A stretch of DNA of 64,000 nucleotides, taken from a virus. How positions within the stretch are numbered: position 1 is the first letter of the stretch; each line of letters begins with the position of its first letter. Positions 57,465 through 64,000 of this stretch are shown here, piece after piece. The notes below the pieces were generated by a model. That model searched no databases and was not told the DNA's origin. It was given only the letters and a program-made list of their open reading frames with translations. The position numbers and the translations under genes are program-made. The stretch covers positions 84,914-148,913 of IMG/VR virus record IMGVR_UViG_3300036790_000419; one strand, written 5' to 3'.

Positions 57465-57477
57465 CGTAGTAACAGTC

Positions 57478-57963
57478 ATGGGACGAGCAGCTTCAGGGAA
57501 GAGAACCCGCCGCGAGGTCGCCGAGGCGGCCGGCCTGCGGGCCTGGTACAACAGGCAGCTGGCCCGGCCGGAGGTGGCGGACGCTGAGTTGCAGGCCAGG
57601 CTGAAGGCTGACAACCCCGGCCAGCGCACCCGGCTGCGCCGGGCCGGCTGGACCCGGGCGGCGGAGGGGAACGACGGCATCGGCTGGTGGGCGCAGCCGC
57701 AGCGCGGCCAGAAGATGATCCACTCGGTCAGCCGCGAGGCCGACGGGCACCTGTGGGGGCACTTCTCCATGTCGCTGTACGGCGGCGAGCTGCCCGGCTG
57801 GTACGAGCTGCGCGACATGCAGTGGCTGCTGTACCCGGACCTGACGGGCATGCAGCTGGCGGTGCCGCAGGCCGCGCACGTCTCCATCGCCGAGGTGGCG
57901 CACATGTGGACGTGCCTGACCGCGGACCTGCTGCCGGCCTTCGGCCGGCTGGGCAGCATCTGA
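57478..57963 (+). CDS. hypothetical protein
   Basis: GC3-rich; HFSMS..LPGWYEL..HMW. Confidence 0.65.
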   Translation: MGRAASGKRTRREVAEAAGLRAWYNRQLARPEVADAELQARLKADNPGQRTRLRRAGWTRAAEGNDGIGWWAQPQRGQKMIHSVSREADGHLWGHFSMSLYGGELPGWYELRDMQWLLYPDLTGMQLAVPQAAHVSIAEVAHMWTCLTADLLPAFGRLGSI

Positions 57964-58125
57964 TGAGCGGGCACTGGCGGCTGCTCCCGTGACCCGGACG
58001 TGGTGGATCGGCCCCCGCGAGGTCGGGCGCTCGCTGGCCCGCTGGGGCCACTGCGTCGCCACGCTCTGGAACCCAGGGCACCTGGACGGGCGGTACCGGC
58101 TGTGACCCCGGTCCTGTGAAAATAA

Positions 58126-58162
58126 GAAGAGCCCGCACCAGCTCAGGGGGTGCGGGCTCTTC
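58126..58162. terminator. hairpin terminator between convergent genes
   Basis: GAAGAGCCCGCACC/GGTGCGGGCTCTTC. Confidence 0.7.
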
Positions 58163-58182
58163 GCGGCCTTGACGCTTACACC

Positions 58183-58929
58183 TTACGGCTCGATGTCCGC
58201 CTCGACGACCCGGTTCGGCGGGAGCACGAACTCGGTGTATTCCAGCAGGTCGTCCCCGTGCCGCCAGCCGCTGACCCCGGCGAGGACGTACGCGCCGCTC
58301 TCCAGCCCCAGGGCGGGCAGCTCGCGCCCGTCGTCCTTCGCCGCCCGGCATTCGAACGCGATGCCCCCGGCCAGCTCAGCCGGGTCGGTGCCGGACCGGG
58401 CCGCGATCAGGTGCCCGGCCCCGCGCGGGTCGGGCAGCGGGGCCGGCAGGGCCAGCTCGGGCACGCTGGGGAAGTACCGCGGGTGAACCCAGGTGACGCT
58501 CAGCCGCGACGGGCTGCCGTCGCGCAGCCGGGTGACCTCCTCGCGGCGGATGACCGGGTGGTCCGGCGGCCCGTCGGCTAGCCCGAACATCGGCACGATG
58601 TACCCGGGCGCGGTCACGGTGCCGGCGAAAGTGACGGTGACCACCTCCGAGGCCGGGCTGTCCCGCAGCCGCATGCGCTGCTGGGGGGACAGCGCGGCAC
58701 GGGGGGCGTCCACGTAGGTGCCGGAGGCGTCGGTCCGCACCAGGCGCTCGGCCAGGTGCAGGTGGGCGACCGCCTGCTGGGCCACGCCCTGGCTGACCCC
58801 CCACTCGTCGCGGATGGCGCGGACGGAGGGCAGCGGGTCGCCCTGCCGCAGCTCACCGCGCAAGATCATTTCCTTGTAGTGGGTGACGATCTGCTTCCAG
58901 AGCGGCTCGCTCCGCTGGGCCTGGGGCAC
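58183..58929 (-). CDS. GntR (HutC/UTRA) repressor, KorSA/TraR-like
   Basis: PLWKQI..GELRQGDPLPSVRAIRDEWGVS HTH plus UTRA-like domain; divergent from the tra operon. Confidence 0.85.
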   Translation of the reverse strand: MPQAQRSEPLWKQIVTHYKEMILRGELRQGDPLPSVRAIRDEWGVSQGVAQQAVAHLHLAERLVRTDASGTYVDAPRAALSPQQRMRLRDSPASEVVTVTFAGTVTAPGYIVPMFGLADGPPDHPVIRREEVTRLRDGSPSRLSVTWVHPRYFPSVPELALPAPLPDPRGAGHLIAARSGTDPAELAGGIAFECRAAKDDGRELPALGLESGAYVLAGVSGWRHGDDLLEYTEFVLPPNRVVEADIEP

Positions 58930-59005
58930 TGCGGCCTCCTGTTATTCGGTCAGTTCGCGTACGCCCCGATTTTACTTCGGCAAAGACCGGGGCCAGTGGA
59001 ACATC

Positions 59006-59034
59006 TTGCGAACGTGTACTGTTCACACTACAGT
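59006..59034 (+). promoter_or_regulatory. promoter of the xis-spd-traB operon
   Basis: TTGCGA-17nt-TACAGT, overlapped by ACTGT-N7-ACAGT dyad. Confidence 0.6.
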
Positions 59035-59083
59035 GAGCGGAACGAGGTGATTCCGCCGGAGATCTCAGAGAGGCGGAGGGGAG

Positions 59084-59347
59084 ATGCCGAAGAGCGCGCA
59101 AGAGGCAGGAGAGCAGCTGGTCCGGTGGACGGACGCCGCTCTCGAACTCGGCGTGTCCGTCGACACCCTGGAAGCGTGGTACGGCGACGGGATCGTGCCG
59201 CTGCGCCGTACCCCCGGCCTCCGCCTCACCTGGCGGTCCTGGCTGGACGCGGTGCTCGCGCCGAGCGAGCCGGGGACCGACGGGGACATCGCCAAGGTAA
59301 CCGCCGCCTGGTGGGCGGCGCGGGCAACGGCGGGGGTGGCGGCGTGA
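59084..59347 (+). CDS. Xis/MerR-like HTH protein
   Basis: DAALELGVSVDTLEAWYGDGIVP..RTPG. Confidence 0.7.
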   Translation: MPKSAQEAGEQLVRWTDAALELGVSVDTLEAWYGDGIVPLRRTPGLRLTWRSWLDAVLAPSEPGTDGDIAKVTAAWWAARATAGVAA

Positions 59348-60204
59348 TGTCCTCGTTCGGCGGTGTGATTAAGGCGGCGCGCGAGCGGGCCGACTCGCTG
59401 ACGGTCGGCACCGCCATGGGCGTGGTGGCGTTCTGCTCCGGCTTCATCAGCTTCACCCACATCAGCGCGCTGACCCAGTACCTGGGCGGGTCCTGGAAGG
59501 TCGCGCACCTGATGCCGTTCTGCGTGGACGGCCAGATCGTCATCGGCTCCGCGTACTTCATGTACGGGAAGAACTGGTGGTCCAAGTCGGCCGGGCTGCT
59601 GTTCGGCGTCATTCCCGGCATCGCCGAGTCGCTGATCGCCAACTGGGAGTCGGGCATCGCGCACGGGCTGTTCTCCGCGGGCTGGGACACCGTTCCCGCG
59701 CAGTCGTTCGCCTGCTCCATGATCCTGTTCGAGCGCTGGCTGCACCAGCGCCGGGCGGAAGGGCCGGCCTCGCGTCCGGCTCCCGTGACCGTCTCGCAGG
59801 CACTGGAGCCCGCCGCACCCGTGGCTCCTGAGGCCGGCCCGGCGCTGGTGCACCTGCACGCCGCGCCGGCGGGAGCGCCGTGGGGCCTGGCGGTCCCCGC
59901 GGCTGCTCCCGTGCCTGAGCCGGTGCCCGCGACCGCCGCGGCCTCGCTGCCGTTCCCGCTGCAGGTGGCCGGCCCGTCCATGCCGCTGGACAGCCGCCCG
60001 GCCCGGCCCCGCCGCCAGACGGCCACCACGTCCGTGAGCATCGACCGCAGGCCGCTGCCGGCGGAGGGCTCGGACGAGCTGCGCGCGCTGGTCAACAGCC
60101 TGAGCCGCAATGACCTGTACCGGCAGTACGAGGTCAGCAAGCACGGCGCGGACAAGCTCCGCGAGCAGTACCTGAACGAGGAAGTGGCCACCGATGTCGC
60201 CTGA
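59347..60204 (+). CDS. DUF2637 (Spd-type) membrane protein
   Basis: Four TM segments; SFTHISAL..AHLMPFCVDG; Pro/Ala linker; C-terminal HTH-like. Confidence 0.7.
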   Translation: MSSFGGVIKAARERADSLTVGTAMGVVAFCSGFISFTHISALTQYLGGSWKVAHLMPFCVDGQIVIGSAYFMYGKNWWSKSAGLLFGVIPGIAESLIANWESGIAHGLFSAGWDTVPAQSFACSMILFERWLHQRRAEGPASRPAPVTVSQALEPAAPVAPEAGPALVHLHAAPAGAPWGLAVPAAAPVPEPVPATAAASLPFPLQVAGPSMPLDSRPARPRRQTATTSVSIDRRPLPAEGSDELRALVNSLSRNDLYRQYEVSKHGADKLREQYLNEEVATDVA

Positions 60205-62263
60205 CAAGACCCCGAGCCTGCACCAGCAGGCACACCACGCGCGCAGCGAGCTGCTGGTGCGCGCCGTCCAGCTCGGCGTGCCGTGGGCCGTGTTCGCGCT
60301 GCTCACCATCTGCGGCAACGTGCTGCACCTGGTGTCCGCGCACGACCGCGCACTTGGCGAGTGGCTGCCGCTGACCGCGGGGCTGGCCATGGCGGCGGGC
60401 AGCGCTACCGTCGCCATTGACTGGCACCTGCGGCGCAACCGCACGTCGCGGGTCGGCCGGGTCATCGGGCCGGTCACCACCGGGGCCGCCACGGTGATGC
60501 TCACCGCGTTCCTGCTGGCCGGCTACAGCGTGCCGCTGGTGCTGCTGTGGCTGTTCGGCGGCATCGCCGGCTGCGCGGTGTGGGACCTGTGGTTCGCGCA
60601 CGCCCCGCGGCACGACCTGGGCACCGCGTTCGCGCTGTCCGCCGAGCGCGCGGGCCTCGGCCAGGTGCGGCTGTCCCCGGCCCGCGGGGGCACCGCCCCG
60701 GCCCTGCCGCAGCGCCCGGCCGCCCCCGGCCGCCCGGCCCCGCGCCAGCCGCTGTCGGCCCGGCTGCGGCCCTCGCGCGGGGCCCCGGCCCCCGGCCCGC
60801 AGCGCGGCACCATCTACTTCCCGCCCGGCGACGTGCCCGACGGGGAGCGCGCCGCCCGGGTGGAGAGCGCCAACCAGCTGCCGCCCGGCGCGCTGGTGCT
60901 GTCCCCCAACCCGGACAACAGCGCCGCCGCCGACTACGCCTACTCCGACCCGCGCACGCTGGACGCCCCGCAGCCGTGGCCCGGCCCGTCGGCGCCCGGC
61001 GCGGACATGAGCGTGCCGTTCCGCTACGGCCTCTACCAGACCGGCGAGGTGGTGCTGGTGCCCCGGCTGCCGCTGTTCCACACCCGCGGGATGGGCCAGA
61101 CCGGCAGCGCCAAGACCACCGGGTGGAGCTGGAACCAGCTGGGCGAGGGGGTGACCCGGCAGGACTACGCGGCGATGGTGCTGGACCCCTCCAAGGGCGA
61201 GCAGTTCTACGGGGCCTGGCGTCCCGCGCTGCACCGGTTCGAGACCGACGAGGAGAAGGGGCTGTACCTGCTGCGCGGCCTGCACCGGGCCCGCATCGCC
61301 CGGTGCAACTACCTGGGCCGCAAGCGGCTCATCAACTGGGAGCCGGGCTGCGGGCTGAGCTTCCTGGACGTGTTCATGGCCGAGGCTCCCGACATCATCC
61401 GGCTGCTGGAGACCGCCAGGACCCGGACGGCGAGCGCGGTCATGGCCCTGGAGACCTGGAACAGCGACGTCAAGAACGGCCGGTCCGCGGGCATCGCCTA
61501 CAACCTGGACCTGCAGCTCACCCTGGCCACCGAGATGCCGAGCGTCGCCCAGGGGCAGATGAGCCACCTGTGCCTGGGCGTGGAGGACCTGAAGCAGGCG
61601 GCGTTCGGCCTCTCCGCGCGGCAGAAGGCGGCGGGCTGCCGCCCGGAGCTGTGGGGCAAGCGGTACCCGGGCAAGGCGTACTGGGACGCGCCGACGGTGC
61701 CCGAGGAGTACGGCACCACCGCGATGCGGTTCTGGTACTGGGAGGGCGAGGCCCGCCAGGCGTTCGCCTACGCCGAGCAGTACGAGGCGGCCGGCCGGCC
61801 GCTCGACGACGTGACCGGCGAGGCGCTGGAGGCCGAGCCGGCCGCCCCGGCCAGTCACGCGCTGCCCGGCCCCGGCGGCACCCTGGCCGGCGCCCCGCCC
61901 CGCCCCGGCTGGCCGGCGGCCCTGCCGGGCAACGTCCGGCCGCTGTTCCGCGCGGAGCCGTCCGTGCCCGGCCGCGACGACGCGGCGGCCGAGGCCGAGG
62001 AGAAGGTCCGCGCGCACCTGGCCGGCCTGCTGGCCGCCGGCACCGCCGTGGTCGCGTTCGACGACCTGACCAAGCAGGGCCTGTGGGGCGGGGCCGGCGA
62101 CGGCCCCGGCGGCAAGACGGCCCGGTCCCGGTCGTGGGGCTACACCGCCATGGGGTCCATGTGCCACCTGGGGTACGCCGAGGCCCTGACGGGCGGGGGC
62201 CGCAAGCGGTGGAGGATCCTGCCGGAGGCCGCGCGCGGCGCGGCGGAGGGCGAGGAGGGCTAG
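60194..62263 (+). CDS. traB: TraB-like FtsK/SpoIIIE conjugative DNA translocase
   Basis: N-terminal TMs; GQTGSAKT Walker A; VLDPSKG; GRSAGI; C-terminal wHTH RSRSWGY. Confidence 0.8.
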   Translation: MSPDKTPSLHQQAHHARSELLVRAVQLGVPWAVFALLTICGNVLHLVSAHDRALGEWLPLTAGLAMAAGSATVAIDWHLRRNRTSRVGRVIGPVTTGAATVMLTAFLLAGYSVPLVLLWLFGGIAGCAVWDLWFAHAPRHDLGTAFALSAERAGLGQVRLSPARGGTAPALPQRPAAPGRPAPRQPLSARLRPSRGAPAPGPQRGTIYFPPGDVPDGERAARVESANQLPPGALVLSPNPDNSAAADYAYSDPRTLDAPQPWPGPSAPGADMSVPFRYGLYQTGEVVLVPRLPLFHTRGMGQTGSAKTTGWSWNQLGEGVTRQDYAAMVLDPSKGEQFYGAWRPALHRFETDEEKGLYLLRGLHRARIARCNYLGRKRLINWEPGCGLSFLDVFMAEAPDIIRLLETARTRTASAVMALETWNSDVKNGRSAGIAYNLDLQLTLATEMPSVAQGQMSHLCLGVEDLKQAAFGLSARQKAAGCRPELWGKRYPGKAYWDAPTVPEEYGTTAMRFWYWEGEARQAFAYAEQYEAAGRPLDDVTGEALEAEPAAPASHALPGPGGTLAGAPPRPGWPAALPGNVRPLFRAEPSVPGRDDAAAEAEEKVRAHLAGLLAAGTAVVAFDDLTKQGLWGGAGDGPGGKTARSRSWGYTAMGSMCHLGYAEALTGGGRKRWRILPEAARGAAEGEEG

Positions 62264-62481
62264 TGGGGCAGCGGGTGGCGGCAGTGGCCAGGATCGCGCG
62301 CGAGGGGGACGGCCGCGTGACCCTCGCGAGGGTCCAGGCGGACCCGGGCGTGCAGCGGCACGTCATGTCGCCCTCGCGCGTAACAGACATCATGGGCGAG
62401 CTGGAGGGGCACGGGCTGGTGCGGATGGTGTGCCGCCACCCGGTCCCCACGTGGCGGGTGACGGGGGAAGCATGCGGGTAA
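62263..62481 (+). CDS. stand-alone winged-helix protein
   Basis: SPSRVTDIMGELEGHGLV..WRV; coupled to traB. Confidence 0.6.
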   Translation: MGQRVAAVARIAREGDGRVTLARVQADPGVQRHVMSPSRVTDIMGELEGHGLVRMVCRHPVPTWRVTGEACG

Positions 62482-62889
62482 CCAGGATCGCCCGCGCCGT
62501 GTGCTCCGGGGACGGCGCGCGCCGTCCCGCAAGCGGGGTAAAGTCCGGTCGCCGCGACCCGGGCCCGCTTCCAGGGCCCGTTCCCGCCCCGCAAGCGGGG
62601 GGAAGTCCGGATACGCCGAAGGCCAAAACTAAGAAATCACCCTCAACACTGACAGTAACCGCCCGGGTACCCCCCCTGGCCGCCGGTGCCCCCGCGGCGG
62701 GCCCGGACAGCCCCGTAGCGGCCCTCAGGGGCCCGGCCAGGCCTCGCGGGCGCGCGAGGGCCCGCCGCGGCCCGCAGGGTGGCTCTCCGCGCCGCAAGCC
62801 CTCCGCCTGGCCGGGCCCTGGACCGGAGGATATCCTGGCCCTGAGCGGGCCCGTGAGCGCCCGCCAGGGACCTGGAGGTCACCGGAGCC

Positions 62890-63066
62890 ATGACGACCCG
62901 CACTCTCCGCGCCTGGGCCGTCCTGGGGGCCTTCGCGGCCGTGACCGCGGCCACTGCGGCGGGCACCAGGCTCGCCGAGGCGGCGGCCGGGATGCTGCTG
63001 GTCGCGCTCGCGCTGCTGCTGGTGAGCCTCGACGGCCTGCGCAAACGCGGCAGGACCCGCCGCTAG
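62890..63066 (+). CDS. 58-aa two-TM protein
   Basis: SD GGAG; two hydrophobic helices and a basic tail. Confidence 0.6.
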   Translation: MTTRTLRAWAVLGAFAAVTAATAAGTRLAEAAAGMLLVALALLLVSLDGLRKRGRTRR

Positions 63067-63380
63067 CCGCGTTTCCTGCGGAAAAACCCCCGGCCGGGCA
63101 TTATTTTCTTTCGGCTGGTCCCGGCTGGAAAAGGAAATCTTCCCGCTGGCTGCCGCGTCAGCCCGGCGGCCCTGCCTGTCAGGGTGATTGCGGACACCGG
63201 CCCGCGCCGCTGACAGAGATTACGCAGGCCAGGGCTCTGCGCCTAAACGGAGGCTTGTGCCTTTCAGGTGCCCTCCGCTCGCCGTTTCGCGGGTCTCCGC
63301 CCGGTAATTCCGGAGACCCGCCGCCGGGCGAAGTTAACTTTCCGCAGGTCAGCGAGATTCACCCTAAACGGAGGTTTGCC

Positions 63381-63863
63381 GTGGCCCTGGGCCGTAAGCC
63401 GGAACCGCGGCGCGAGGTCACCCCGCTGGCCATGTACCGCGCCGAGCGGGTCGAGGCCCGCCCGGAGGTGACCCCGCTGGAGCTGTACGGCGCGGTGGTC
63501 ACCGAGGACCTGTCCGGCATGTGGGTGTACGCGTTCGCCGACCACCCGGGCTCCCGGTGGTCGGACGGCAGGGTCTGGTACGCCGGGCAGACCGACCACC
63601 TGTGGTCACGGTGGCGCGACCACTACTACAGGTTCGGCGAGCGGTTCGCCGCGGCGGTCAAGTGGCGCATCCGGGTGGCCAACGAGGCCGAGGCCGACCT
63701 CATCGAGCTGGTGCTGATCCACTTCTACCAGCCCGAGTGCAACGACAAGGGGCGGCGCGCGGACCTGGAGGCGAAGGTCCGGGCCTGGGGCCGGGGCACC
63801 CGGCAGTACAAGCGCGGCGAGGGCTGGCCGGAGCGCCTTGACTCAGGTAAAGCAAGCAACTAG
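63381..63863 (+). CDS. GIY-YIG-like nuclease
   Basis: WVYAF..WYAGQT..SRWRDH..E..LI..PECN; SD GGAGG. Confidence 0.7.
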   Translation: MALGRKPEPRREVTPLAMYRAERVEARPEVTPLELYGAVVTEDLSGMWVYAFADHPGSRWSDGRVWYAGQTDHLWSRWRDHYYRFGERFAAAVKWRIRVANEAEADLIELVLIHFYQPECNDKGRRADLEAKVRAWGRGTRQYKRGEGWPERLDSGKASN

Positions 63864-63866
63864 ACT
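63838..63866 (+). promoter_or_regulatory. housekeeping-sigma promoter with two operator-like dyads
   Basis: TTGACT-17nt-TAGACT. Confidence 0.75.
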
Positions 63867-63896
63867 CGGGTTAAGCAACCAACCGAGGAGGACCCG

Positions 63897-64000
63897 ATGG
63901 CGGACAGGCTGAGGCCGAGTGCCGCGCGGCTGACCCCGGCCGCGCTGACTCTGCTGGCCAGGCAGAGCGCGTCCACCGCGCGCGCCGCGCGGTCGCAGGG
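63897..64000 (+). CDS. partial ORF running off the window
   Basis: SD GAGGAGG then ATG. Confidence 0.55.
   Translation, partial: MADRLRPSAARLTPAALTLLARQSASTARAARSQ

Noticed and set aside
1-64000. CRISPR array
   Set aside because: No regularly spaced identical repeats; the periodicity at 3.4-8.4 kb is tRNA D- and T-arm sequence.
1-64000. Genome-wide stop-codon reassignment (TGA=Trp)
   Set aside because: Many genes end in TGA with coupled GTGA/TGATG overlaps; only one in-frame TGA was seen.

Overview
A 64-kb segment of a large, GC-rich (about 70% by eye) long-tailed phage or prophage of an actinomycete. Gene order: terminase large subunit; a 5-kb array of 33 tRNA genes covering all 20 amino acids; Mu-type portal, MuF and protease/scaffold; head decoration; major capsid; head-tail connectors; glycosyltransferase; cell-wall enzymes; major tail protein; frameshifted tail chaperones; a ~2,850-aa tape measure; and tail-tip genes. 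An accessory arm follows with DivIVA, a flavohaemoglobin and a Streptomyces-plasmid/AICE-type GntR-Xis-Spd-TraB transfer module. Most unusual: (1) the tRNA array has a promoter-driven structured leader RNA with terminator/antiterminator, two circularly permuted anticodon-less tRNA mimics, kissing-loop spacer RNAs, and C instead of U33 in 10 tRNAs; (2) a CCGATWA motif resembling the sigma28/WhiG -10 box sits exactly 7 nt before 15 start codons; (3) a tailed phage carries a TraB conjugation module; (4) the tape-measure 5' end is interrupted by a 10-nt palindromic segment. All family assignments are by-eye motif recognition; no searches or folding programs were run.
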